A stretch of DNA of 63,832 nt, filler included, from Kipferlia bialata (taxonomy: Eukaryota): assembly GCA_003568945.1 (NCBI GenBank). It is 7 parts of 7 records of this genome, joined end to end, with 100 filler letters (N's around TTAATTAATTAA, not from the genome) between each part and the next. Parts side by side here need not be neighbours in the genome. Positions count along the whole stretch, not along the records: positions 1 to 11,030 come from BDIP01001309.1; positions 11,131 to 22,152 come from BDIP01001310.1; 5 more parts are not named here. One strand, 5' to 3'. This document shows, piece after piece, positions 1 to 11,522 of the stretch. Both the position numbers and the translations under genes were made by a program. Every line of letters begins with the position of its first letter. Within the stretch, counting starts at the first letter, position 1. The notes under the pieces were generated by a model. That model worked only from the letters and a program-made list of their open reading frames with translations, ran no database searches and was not told the DNA's origin.

Positions 1-65
1 TTTTTTTCTCACCCCCCCCCCCCCCCCCCCCCCCCCCCATGGAACACTCCGTGCCTTACCCCCAG

Positions 66-645
66 ATCATGTTCGACCACCAGATCGGCAACTCTCTCTT
101 CGACAAGAAGGGAGCCCTTATCGTGCCCGACCTCATCGCCAAGGCCAAGAAGAACGGCGTCAAGATCATCCTGCCCATCGACTTTGTGGCTGCCGATGAC
201 TTCTCCCAGGAGGCCAACACCAAGTGCGTATATATGTGTATATATACATTCATTATACTACACACTACACACACTCCCTCACTCTAGGCTGTGCACCGCT
301 GAGGAGGGTATCCCCGAGGGCTGGGAGGGTCTGGACTGCGGTCCCGCTTCCCGCGCTCTCTACAAGGAGGCCTGCGACAAGGCCGCCACCATTGTGTGGA
401 ACGGACCCCCAGGTGTGTTTGAGATCCCCCAGTTCGCCAACGGCACCAACGAGCTCATTGACGCCGTGTGCGCCGCCACCAAGAGGGGTGCCGTCACCGT
501 GATCGGAGGCGGAGACTCTGCCACCGCCATCATGAACGCCGGCAAGGGCGAGGGCGTGTCCCACATCTCCACCGGAGGCGGTGCCTCCATCGAGCTCCTC
601 CAGGGCAACGTCATGCCCGGAATCGAGGTCCTCTGCGACGCCTAA
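66..645 (+). CDS. PGK: Phosphoglycerate kinase, C-terminal part (5' end off scaffold); exons 66-223 and 288-645
   Basis: Spliced translation IGNSLFDKKG...LPIDFV...GLDCGP...IVWNGPPGVFE...GGGDSATA...SHISTGGGASIELLQG matches PGK motifs. GT-AG intron at 224-287. Confidence 0.96.
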
Positions 646-816
646 GTAACTGATCGGATCGAATAGATTTTGTGTATAAGAAGAGTGTTACGTACTGAAT
701 TGTGCTTGCATAGCTGGGACACTGCTAGGACGAGGAGATACTCTACAAACTCTATTCCACTGTACATCGTCCAATAGTGTTAAAGGGAAAGTGATGCCAA
801 AATGATAACACGGCAC

Positions 817-1677
817 TCACTTACTACTGGGAAGAAAGGCAAAGTTCATGGCGCCTCCTAGGACTGCAGCTGTGCTCTTGGGCTTGTTCCTCTCATAGAC
901 TGCGTCTCGCAGGGCCTGGTCCGCCCTCCTCTGCCTAATACTCGCCCCCTCAATGTCAGCGTAGATAGTCTCTAGGGTGTCAACCTTCTCCTCCCCGGCA
1001 TCCGCGGCCGCAGATATGCTCTCCATCAATGCTCTGCGCTGCTCCAGTGCTGATGCGGGGGTGGTGAGCGTCGGCTTGAAGGCATCCAAGGCGGCATACT
1101 CCTTCATGCCTGCTGCCACCTCCTGCGCAGACTCATTCAGCGCCTTTACTCCCAGTGCACCCACAATAATCCTCTCAGTCCTGGCCTGACAGAATCCCTC
1201 CTTGCACAGCCTGAAATCCTCTGCATTGCGCTGCCTCATCTCTAGCCGGTCCCGTTCCCGCTTCCTCTTCTTCTCTGCACTGGCCTCCTCCCTCAGCTTC
1301 CGCCGCTCCTCCCGCTCTGCACGCCGCTGTGCTCGAGCGTCTCGCCTCTCCTGCCTCGCCTGCATGTCTAACTTATGCAACCTGTGCATCTCCTGTGTCT
1401 TGCGGCGGGCCTGTCGGCTGAGTCTCCGCTCACGCTTGGCCTCGTCTACTGCCTCCCGCTTGGCACTGGGCTCAACCACATCTGTCTGCTTAGATGCAGG
1501 TGCACTGGACTCTGGTACGTCCTCCTTGGTCACTGGGGGGGTAACCTTGGGCTTGGGAGACTTGTGAGGGCGCTTACTGACGGGTGCCTTCACAGGGGTA
1601 GCTGGCTGGGGCACAGTGTCAGTCGCCAGCGCAATGCCAGCAATCTTCAGACCCCGCTTCCCCTTTCGCTTCCCCAT
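817..1677 (-). CDS. Intronless basic/charged coiled-coil hypothetical protein (286 aa), possibly nucleolar
   Basis: Long ORF with a K/R-rich N-terminus and an E/R-rich helical middle. No family recognised. Confidence 0.7.
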   Translation of the reverse strand: MGKRKGKRGLKIAGIALATDTVPQPATPVKAPVSKRPHKSPKPKVTPPVTKEDVPESSAPASKQTDVVEPSAKREAVDEAKRERRLSRQARRKTQEMHRLHKLDMQARQERRDARAQRRAEREERRKLREEASAEKKRKRERDRLEMRQRNAEDFRLCKEGFCQARTERIIVGALGVKALNESAQEVAAGMKEYAALDAFKPTLTTPASALEQRRALMESISAAADAGEEKVDTLETIYADIEGASIRQRRADQALRDAVYERNKPKSTAAVLGGAMNFAFLPSSK

Positions 1678-2017
1678 GAATGTATGTGTCTCTGAGTCCT
1701 ATTCTGGTACACACACTCTATATGGAAGAAGGACAGTGAAGTTTGGCTGAATCTTTTTGTTTCCTAAACCCTTATTCGCTTGCAACTCGATGTTCAACAA
1801 TGCCTTTACCTAGCCAATGTAGCCTATATGGGTTCATTCCCTTGGATATACGATATGCTAGAGTTCACAGATAGCGTGGCATAAACAATCATCAACTTAG
1901 AGAGGCGGAGGAAGACTGTCACCAGTCAAAACACACGATAGATATAACACAACAAAGAGACAGAGATCATCTGTATAACTCTATCTGACAACCACACTAC
2001 CACTAACACGAAAGACA

Positions 2018-3184
2018 TCAAACCTCTCCCTCGACAGAGAAGAGGAAGGGGACCCCTCCCACTGTCACCACGCACTGGGGGGGCATTGTGGCAGTCTGCA
2101 TGTGGCACAGCTCAGTGCCGCAGACAGCCACTGCCACAGGGGCACAGGGCACACCACCGGAGGTATCGGCAAGAGAGGTCGGCCCGGCAACAGTACTCGT
2201 ACACATGTCCTCTAGAGCTATGGGTAGCACTGTCGTCTTCTTAGGCCGACCGCTGTCCTTACCCACGTTGACCACCCTCCACACACTCACGTCCCCAGGG
2301 GTCTGCGAGCCAGGGGCAGGAGATGCCTTGACAGCTTTGGGCACCCGCTCTACCACAACCTGGATAGGAGAGAGAGCGAGACCCGGCAGGCAGAGGTCAC
2401 AATCACGTCCTGACCCTATCGTAACCTGTTCCTTGCGCACCACCAGAGACCGGTATGAACTCTGGAACCAGGCCAGAATGGGAAGCACAGTGGGCTCTGG
2501 GGTCTCAGGGGTAGCTGTCTGCTGGGGGGCAGACTCTAAAACCCTGGCCTGCTCCTGGCGGGCGAGGTCCCTCTCAATCGCTAGCATCTCATAGAGCTGT
2601 ACTGCATCCGTGGCAGGGTGAGTGGGTCTAGCCTCTGTCTGTGGTGCCCTACGGATCAGGGGAGTCACCTCAGGGACAAAGGAGCGGCTGGTTGCCCGTG
2701 CCCTGATGTCACCCCCCTTGATACCAGAGGCCAGGGCGGCTGTGTTGGCCACAGTCCTGTCGTAGTCTGCTCTGTCCCCAGCCACCAACACAACCTGCCG
2801 CATCGCATCAGCACCAGTGGTCCCTGGAGGGAAGAAACCAGCGAGTTGCTGCACAATCCCGGCGAAAGGGCGTTCCTTGTCCTCCAGGTGAGTGAAGTAG
2901 GCTGTGACAGCCAGCTCATTCTGGGGGGGGCTCCACTCTTGAGACACCTCCCGCGCCCTCTGTCCATCCACAAGCAAGTTCAATGCCCGACCAGCCGAAA
3001 ATCCAAATGCCCGGTCGTGAACAATAAAGTACCACTGTCGGACAACATCAGCATATGAATACTTTGGCAGGAGCTTGTGTGCCGCAGAAAGATCTCCCGA
3101 CACCTCTACCTCCTGAACTAACGTCCATAAGTCTTCGGCTTTCCATAACTCGGGTACCTGGAGGAACTCATCGAGTCCCGCCAT
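2018..3184 (-). CDS. Microspherule protein 1 (MCRS1)-like: N-terminal MCRS_N-like region plus C-terminal FHA-like domain
   Basis: N-terminal WKAEDLWTLVQ...GDL...YSYADVVRQWYFIVHD resembles MCRS1 WKPxDDLxLI...DL...FTxxExxxRWYxLLYD. C-terminal KEQVTIGSGRDCDLCL is FHA-like. Confidence 0.65.
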   Translation of the reverse strand: MAGLDEFLQVPELWKAEDLWTLVQEVEVSGDLSAAHKLLPKYSYADVVRQWYFIVHDRAFGFSAGRALNLLVDGQRAREVSQEWSPPQNELAVTAYFTHLEDKERPFAGIVQQLAGFFPPGTTGADAMRQVVLVAGDRADYDRTVANTAALASGIKGGDIRARATSRSFVPEVTPLIRRAPQTEARPTHPATDAVQLYEMLAIERDLARQEQARVLESAPQQTATPETPEPTVLPILAWFQSSYRSLVVRKEQVTIGSGRDCDLCLPGLALSPIQVVVERVPKAVKASPAPGSQTPGDVSVWRVVNVGKDSGRPKKTTVLPIALEDMCTSTVAGPTSLADTSGGVPCAPVAVAVCGTELCHMQTATMPPQCVVTVGGVPFLFSVEGEV

Positions 3185-3623
3185 TGTACGGTAGAGAGAG
3201 GACAGATGACTGGATTCAAAACTTCAAAACACTATTATAATGCCAACAACACGTCCCAAGAATCTATCATGGATTATCTATGTGTCCTGATGAGACCTCG
3301 AGCCAATGTAGACCTAACACCACAGTTGGCGATCCGATAACTCAATTACACAGACGGTTGGGTATAGAGTCATCTGTCAATACGGCGAAGGGAGTACCAA
3401 CAGATATATGCCCAGCCAACTAAAGAGAACTCATTGACACACTTACACGACCTATAGACACAATGCACACAACCACTAGAGTCAATACCATAACAAGAGA
3501 ATCACTCAAGGGCATATACTGAAAACTGTAACACACTCAGAGTAACCTATATGATCTTTTCTATTCAACTCTCAAGCAACCCCAACGAGAAAACAACTCG
3601 GAAAGGTAACCGAAGTATTGAAC

Positions 3624-4276
3624 TTAGAGACGGCGTCCACGGCGTCCACCCTTGTGGCGGGTACGGTCGGTGGGGATGGGGGTGCTGGGGTAAGACAAGT
3701 AACTAGAAAAGCAATCCGTCTACAAACACAAATGAACTCAAAACAAATCACGTACCAGTCCTCGATACGGCCCATCTTGATGCCGGAACGGGCAAGGGCA
3801 CGGAGAGCGGACATAGCGCCTGGTCCGAGGACGGCAGCGCCGGAGCCACCCCTACCGCGGATCTTGATGTGGAGAGCGGTGATTCCCTTGCAGCGAACCA
3901 TCTCAGCCACCTTGTTGGAGGCAAGCATGCCAGCGTATGGGGACTTCTGGTCACGGTCAGCCTTCACGACCTGTCCTCCGGTCACGCGAGCGATAGTCTC
4001 ACGTCCAGAGATATCGGTGATGTGAACGAAAGTGTCGTTGGAGGAAGCGTAGATGTGGCAAACGCCAAACACCTCCTTGCCCTCGACCTGACGCGGAAGA
4101 ATGTCAGCACTGTACTCAGCCTGGGGTAAGCAGGACGCCTAAAACAATACAAACCTCTAAACAACCCCAAAACATGGTCCAAACACCAGGAACGCCACGA
4201 AAACCCCCTCAGCTCCCAAGCCACTCAGAGCAACCTTCCCAACCACACCAATAACATAACAGACCCCACATACCAT
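3624..4276 (-). CDS. RPS14: 40S ribosomal protein S14 (uS11); exons 4276-4274 (ATG only), 4120-3756, 3684-3624
   Basis: [26 protein letters not shown]...[25 protein letters not shown]. Two GT-AG introns, the first directly after the start codon. Confidence 0.97.
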
Positions 4277-4588
4277 TGTCTCTGCGCAGAAAAGCTCGAG
4301 AATCCTCAATTAGTCGCCCTCTGGGTCTGGTGTTTTTGTTCAAGTTAGCGCAAATCTCCCGTTTTCGGACAGGAATCTCCGTTTCTCTGACAACTCAACC
4401 CCGTTTTGGTCTGCAAGATGCAAGTGAAGATTTGGTGCACCTTTAGCCTCATTCCGCGTTTAAAGTCCATCCCTCAATTTCGTTTTTGGCCCTAGTTGCC
4501 GAAATGTCTGAGCCTCATGACACCACTCTCCAAACCACAGTTCACATTGTAGTGGCAATTTGAGTGTTCCTGCGTCATCAAGCAGCTG

Positions 4589-5418
4589 ATGTTTAGCTGT
4601 TGTGGCAGCAAAAAGCAGCGGTTACGCATTCAGGCCCTGGAGGCAGAGAATGGTATGACCATATTATGATAGTGAAACAGTTGGCTGTAAGAAGTGAGTG
4701 ATAGGGTGTCAGTTCGTATCTACCATTCTGACTCTCCTCTTGGTATGTGTATATACACATGTAGTGTTGTCTCTCTACGAATCTCTGTGTGTGCTTCTGC
4801 TTACTCTCAGTGTTGCCGCTCTCCCAAGGAGAGTCATATTCGGTCTCGGTAGAACATGGCGTTCTCACTATCTCCGATGAGTTCCAGACCGTACTTGTAG
4901 AGTCACCGTTGCAGACGGACAGCTTCATTGGTGTGCAGCCTGAGGGATTCCTGTTGTCTCTTGAGCTATCTTCTGGTGCCAACCTCACTCTTGCCGCTCC
5001 AGATGCTGACTCCTATCAGGCATGGGTGGAGTCTCTCTCTCATCACTGTGCTGGGCAGCCAGTGATTTCCCAAGCCACTGCGGCGTACGGGCAGGCAATC
5101 TCTGGAGTTCTGAGTGCCCCGTTTATGTGGAGACGCAGGAAACTACAGATTACTGGGACAGAGGTAGTGGTGTACAAGGGGGGTGACCAGGTGGAGTACC
5201 GCCATCAGATAGGAGAGGTAAAGCAGGCTCTCTTCCCGTTGCCGTCTGGGGATGGAGGTCCTGACCTGTCTGTGCTTGTGTTGGCCAGTGGCCCCTACCA
5301 GAGTGTTTGTACGGGGACCACCCCCGCCCTCAGACAGTGGGAGGCCGCCCTAGAGGCTAACGGAGTTCCCAAGTCTGTACCACTCCAGCAGGCCTTCTCT
5401 GGTTTCATTCCAACTTGA
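4589..5418 (+). CDS. Tandem PH-like domain protein; exons 4589-4652, 4713-4742, 4811-5418 (alternative start 4504)
   Basis: Phase-consistent splicing gives MFSCCGSKKQRLR..., with two PH-type C-terminal helices (LAAPDADSYQAWVESL, PALRQWEAAL) and a WRRRKL strand motif. Confidence 0.6.
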
Positions 5419-5683
5419 GACCATGCTGTGTATGTATTCTATGTGTTGTTATTTGTTCCTGTTCTTTCTGTATGGGTCATCCCGCCTAGTTTTTCTCTTT
5501 GCCTTGTAAGTAGATTACAATGGGTTGATAAGTGTGGTTATGGTTGTCCGTGTACTGATGCGTAGTTACTTTAGTACAGAGCAATAGGCCTTGACGAAAG
5601 TCCTGGCACTGATCGGAGATTGCTGATCTCAGTTCAATCGATCGACTTCAAACCTCCGCTCTTCTTTGGGCTTCTTAGAATCA

Positions 5684-7180
5684 ATGTCTGAGGTGTCCAC
5701 CCTACGTACGTAAGTTGTGGACATAGTGGGGGTTCTAGAACACATTTGTGGGGTTTCTAGTGGGGAGATGTTGTGTATCCCAATATAGGATGATATCCTG
5801 CTTTTACACCCAGCTCGTGAAGAGAGGAAACCCCTCCTCAACCAGGGGTCGGAGGAGCCCATCCCTGAGTCTGAGGCAGCTGATGTCGTGCAGAAGAAGC
5901 CTTCCCTGATCTCCACTGGGAAGGAGGCCTTTGAGGACGGCTATGAGTCTGTCAAGAGCTACTGGCCCTTCTTCTTCGTTACCCTGCCCATGTTCTGTGG
6001 CTATGCCTCCCTGTTCTCGATGCAGGCACATCTGATGAAGCAGGGATTCGGTATCCCCGACCTCCCTGATGGTGTATCCACCGATGCCTACTCCAGCCTC
6101 AGGAGCATGTTCGGTGTCGGCACATCCTTCCTCTACTGGGGCAACCTCATCTTCCGCCCCATGCACAACATCGTGTTCTCATTCTGCGCCCCTTACTACC
6201 GTATGCTGATTGCCTTCGGCTCCATGATGTGCGCTGAGATCATCCTGGTCCTTGTCTTCATCTTCTCCCCCTTCAACGACGCCCCTGCCACCTCTGTGGA
6301 CCAGGTCGGCCCTGTCTGGCTTGTGTTCCTCATCTACGGCCTTGGCGGTGTGGGTATCGGCACCTTTGAGGCCAATGTGCTCAATGTGTCTGCCTACTCT
6401 GGCCAGTCTGCCAAGTACTGGTCTGTGCTCGGAATTCCGTTTGGTGTCAACACCATCACCATCGGAGGCTTTGCCCTGGAGGCCGCCCTCAACACCATTA
6501 TCGGTGAGGGCCACGCCACCATGATTGTGTACATCTTCTGCCTGGTTGTGCTTGCCGGTGGAGCCTGTGTTGTGTACTTCCTTGTGCCAGTCCCCGACGG
6601 CGCCTCTGATGCCAAGAACGTGGACAAGGACTACCTCTTCACCTGCCTCAAGGAGGAGAACCGGTCCCAGTGGATGATGCAGGTGCTGCCGGGTGCCATT
6701 GCCATGATGTTCAACATGTTCTGCGTGTCCCTGCTCTGCCCAGGTCTCTCCACATACATCTACAACGACGAGTACATCGACTTCTGGGGCATGCACCTCG
6801 AGAACGACGCCTACTTCTCCATCTTCAGCGTCTTCACCTTCATGGGAGACTTCTCCTCCAGACTCTTCATGGCCAAGAAGTTTGTGCCCAGGGTGTACCC
6901 CCCCCTGTTCCTCTGCATCCATGTTGTCGGTGTCATCCTACTACTCGCCTCTGTGGAGACCGCCCCCCTCGGTACCTTCTGCGTTATGTTCAGCAACGGC
7001 TCCATCTACTCCCAGATGTCCCGGTTCATCGACACCGGCATCCACCCCGACTGGAACCTCATCTCCTTCTCCTTCTGGCTGTTCGTCGGTGATGCCGGCA
7101 GTGTCATTGCCTCCCTCGTGACCCAGCCCATCAACGCCTACCTCCACCAGCGCAGGGGAGACGACACAGTCTTCTTCTAG
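5684..7180 (+). CDS. CLN3/battenin-like (MFS-fold) membrane transporter; exons 5684-5705 and 5814-7180
   Basis: About 11 hydrophobic segments, a GGVGIGTFEANVL motif, and an N-terminal acidic dileucine ERKPLL after splicing. Confidence 0.65.
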
Positions 7181-7665
7181 AGGGTCTGGATGGCCTAGGC
7201 ATAGGGCCTGGTACTATCCTTAGTACAAATACTGTTGGAACACAGCCACCCCATCTTGCCTTGTTCCAGTGTGTGTGTGTGTTATATTATGTACGTACGT
7301 GAGTACATGTATCGTCGTGTGGACGATAATAGAATTTATTTATCCTTTGATGTTGTGTGGGATATGCAGTGACACAGGGTGTTTACACTTAGTATGTGTC
7401 TTTCTGTCATGAATCACTTCACCCACACATATATACACTGAGTTACCAGTATCAAAAGGTACACCTAGAACACAGGTATGTCCACACACCATACGGACAT
7501 ATGAGCTGACGCGTGCACAGTCTATTGATTGGGGATCAAGATATATAGACAACAAACTGCCACCCTCACTCACCACTCCATACCATCCTCCTATCACAAT
7601 CTCACTTACTCACTCTCACTCTTACTCTCTGTGACCAACGAACTCTCTCTGTCGCAATACTCCAC

Positions 7666-7706
<41 letters not shown>

Positions 7707-8137
7707 AAACACCCACCAACATCTCTCCTCTCTCCTCCTCCTACCTGCCGCGAGGTGACGCAGTAGGGAAACGGTAGCCAATAAGTGGGGAATTTTGTAT
7801 TATATATATCCCACTCTGTCGGTATCAGCTCCCCTTACCCTACTGCAACCTCAGCAGCCACACCTGGGGGCATGACCCCCATACCCTACACGTGCCTATA
7901 AAGGGACGTGACGGCATAGGGGGTACACACCCTGGCAGTCACTCTGCCATCCTCCTCTCCCTCTCCCTCTCTCCGTCTAAGAGAGTCTCTCCCTCTCTCT
8001 CTCCCCCCGGACATCCAAGTGGTACATATCCGGGATCACACAAACGCACACTAATACACAACATGCGATGCAAGGCACAAGCCATGCATGGCTAACTAAG
8101 AGCTACAAATGGTCAATCGTCAGAGGCCATCACCCGG

Positions 8138-8184
<47 letters not shown>

Positions 8185-8188
<4 letters not shown>

Positions 8189-10605
8189 ATCATGGCCGCG
8201 GCAATGCCAGCCATATCGAATGTGAACTCGGATGCCTGGCTACAACTGCCACCCCGGCCACCCCTCTCTCTCCTCTCTCTCCCTCTCCCTCTCCTACCCC
8301 TCCTAGTAGGTTTGGGCCTGGGTACAGGGGACGTCCCCGGGGGCAGGGGGGGGATGGTGTCCCTCGGGAAGTTCTGGGGAGGCAGGGGGGTAGTGGGGCT
8401 GGCGCAGCGAACGTGCTCGCTCCTGGTGCTCCCTACACTCCTCACACTGCTGGTGCTGTCGGCACTCGCACTACCCCCTGCAGAGAGTACAGCACTGAAG
8501 GCACTGGTGGCGCTGGAGGAGGAGGATGAGCTGCACACACTGCTGGTGGGGGAGTGGGGTCTAGTCACACCGGGGGAGGGGACTATGCCTAGAGGGTGAG
8601 ACACAGTAGAGAGACAGTATATATATATATACGATATAGGCACTCTACCCACCTGGGAGTCTCTTGCTGGGCCTGACACACAGGACAGAGTGGTCAGTCA
8701 GGAGGGCCTGGTCCCTGCCATACTCAGGTCTGGGGGTGAGGACAAAGATAGATTGAATGATAGTGTTTGGGACAGTATATACAAGGCCCTCCAAACCTGA
8801 AGTCCTGCACCCACTGTGCGATGTCCCCCCAGGCAGCCCTGAGCAGCTTGCAGAATGCCATTGGCGCCTGCTTCTTCTTCCTCTGCTTCTTGGATGTGGA
8901 GACACCCCTCATCTGCCGGGTGATCTCGTCGATGGAGAACCACTGCACCTGGGGGGGTTAGATGGAGGCGCGGCACGTCGGTCACTAACATATAGTGTAG
9001 AGTAGCATGTACCTCATCTATCTCGTGCCGCACCGTGGGGCATGTCGGGGTGGATGTGGGCATGCCGGGTGCGATGAAGAGGGCTGTCCTCTCCCCTGCC
9101 ACCTCCACCACAAAGGGTGCGTCTAGCTCAGTGCGGTCAGAGGCAGGGGTCACCTTGGGGGGGAGGGCATAGCCCTAAGATCAGGGGGGAATGGGTAGGT
9201 GTATATATACTTAGATACCCCCACCTGCTGCCCCTTGGTCCCAGCCTTTGCCAGTGGCTGCCACCCATATGCCCTGTATATGGCCCTGTCCTGCAGAGGG
9301 TTCAGCAGGGACGGCAGCACATTCAGGCCAGTCTCCTCGGCTGCCTCCCTCACTGCTGCGTCCTGGGGTTACATGGGCTGGGGTATATGTAGTGTATAGG
9401 ATATATGTATATATATATATATATACCTGCAGGTCCTCTCCCTGCTCCACCTTGCCCTTGGGCACAGTCCACCCGCTGGCCTTCTTGTGCGATATGCCTG
9501 GCAATGAGAGAGAGAGAGAGAGAGAAAGATCTACCTATACATGTATAACACTAACCTCTGATCAGCAGGATGTGCCTCATCGATGGGTCCAGTATCAGTA
9601 TCTATCTATATATATATGTGTATATATATATATCTATACATATATATATATGCACACTATTGACCAATACCTCTGATCAGCAGTATGTGCCGCATCGATG
9701 GGTCCAGTATCAGTATCTATCTANNNNNNNNNNNNNNNNNNNNNNNNNNNNNNNNNNNNNNNNNNNNNNNNNNNNNNNNNNNNNNNNNNNNNNNNNNNNN
9801 NNNATGTATAATACTAACCTCTGATCAGCAGTATGTGCCGCATCGATGGGTCCAGTATGACCACCCCTGCCTTCTGGCCCCGGCTCTGCCTGTTCTTGAA
9901 GGTGCTCCACATCTTGACTGGGTTCTCACCCCTGGCTGGTCAGTATATATGTATATAATATATATAATATAACCATGACACAATGAAGTGTATTCAGTGT
10001 CGGAAGGAAACTGATGAGCTGAACTGTAGGAAACTGATATCACTGAACAGGCCTACCTAAAGAATGGTTTCATGGCCGGAAGGGATGTGAAGTGGGCCAT
10101 AAATGTGGCGGCCTGCTCCTTACTCCTGGCCAGACATGACGGGTCCTGGGTCAGAGACAGGGTATGGGGTATCTGCAATAATATACACGACCAATCAAGA
10201 CATGTCTCCATGAGGGGCAGTGTGAAGCCGCGAGAGACTAGACACAAACAAACAGATACAGTGTACACACTATCCATATACTGGTGGGTATATGTGCCCG
10301 AGAGATGGCCTCCCCACCTGTCCCTCCTCGTGATAGAAGTCAATGAAGGACCAGAACGCATTCTGGAGCTGGGTACACAGCTCAGACCGGTATGCGTCTC
10401 CCTCCAGATCCTCAAAGTCATAGCTCAGTATGTGTGTCCTGGGGGTGGGGGGTAGGGGGGGCAGGGCAACGTAGAAGGGGTCATCAGTTGTCAGGCCTAA
10501 AAATACGAACTCACTGAAATCGAACCCATCCCAAGCATACAACCACCCAATAACGTACACTGCCAAATGCCGTAATGTTTCCTCCGTGTCTTCTGTATAC
10601 TGCAT
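8185..10605 (-). CDS. DCP2: mRNA-decapping enzyme Dcp2-like Nudix hydrolase, about 10 exons
   Basis: Box A-like ELCTQLQNAFWSFIDFY, Nudix box WTVPKGKVEQGEDLQ|DAAVREAAEETGL, RHEIDE|VQWF, and a Ser/Pro-rich tail. Confidence 0.8.
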
Positions 10606-10976
10606 ATGATGCACAGAGTGCGACAATCAGTCATGAATTGAAGAGACTTGTGTTGAGGTCAGATGCTCATCATTGGATTAATCAAGTATTTGCCTGCACT
10701 TGAGACACCTCTGAGAGGTGACCTCTCTTCAGCCACACCGAACACACCCGCCCTTGGCCTGTGTTCCAGAAACAAGCCGTCATCTGCGTTCCAAGGCCAC
10801 TCTCTGGTTGTGCTAGTTACCCCCAAGTAGTGACAGTGGGAGCTCCCGACCAGAGGACTCAATGATTGAGTTCAAGCTTAACTTCAAGGTGGGTGTCTCT
10901 CTCTACCCTATCCTACCTTCCATATCCCTACCATTCACACAGAGAAGGGCAGTCTACATTCGCTACTATTAGTGGT

Positions 10977-11026
<50 letters not shown>

Positions 11027-11030
11027 CCTC

Positions 11031-11130
11031 NNNNNNNNNNNNNNNNNNNNNNNNNNNNNNNNNNNNNNNNNNNNTTAATTAATTAANNNNNNNNNNNNNN
11101 NNNNNNNNNNNNNNNNNNNNNNNNNNNNNN
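11031..11130. other. Artificial scaffold linker (N44-TTAATTAATTAA-N44); also at 22153-22252, 33273-33372, 44385-44484, 55495-55594, 60739-60838
   Basis: Identical 100-nt spacer with stops in all six frames. The flanking pieces are in descending length order. Confidence 0.98.
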
Positions 11131-11185
<55 letters not shown>

Positions 11186-11522
11186 ATGAATTTGTACACA
11201 TATGACTATAAGAAATAGTATCGCATAATTTATATAGATACTAGTAATGAACCTCGCTCCCCTAGATCTAGAGTAATGGAAGTATCCTAATACATTGACA
11301 TATGCATATGGAATTGAGACTGATAGGTTCTGTGGGGTAGAGAGGAGACACACACTATATGGGGGTATGTGTGACGATGAGGGGGCGGGATGTCTTAGTG
11401 GAATGAGTATATATGAATTCATACATTCAGTCAAACTGGGGTTGAGGAGAGTATAGTCAAGCACAAGAAGAAAAGAGTTGGGAAAGGGGGCATGGGAATC
11501 AGGAAGAGAGTGATATGCATAC

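Noticed and set aside
6179..6922. 247-aa antisense ORF over the CLN3-like gene, and similar antisense ORFs over PGK and RPS14
   Set aside because: Expected shadow of strong C/G-ending codon bias.
11031..11130. Recurrent TTAATTAATTAA palindrome about every 11 kb
   Set aside because: Artificial six-frame-stop linker embedded in Ns. Gene adjacency across linkers is meaningless.
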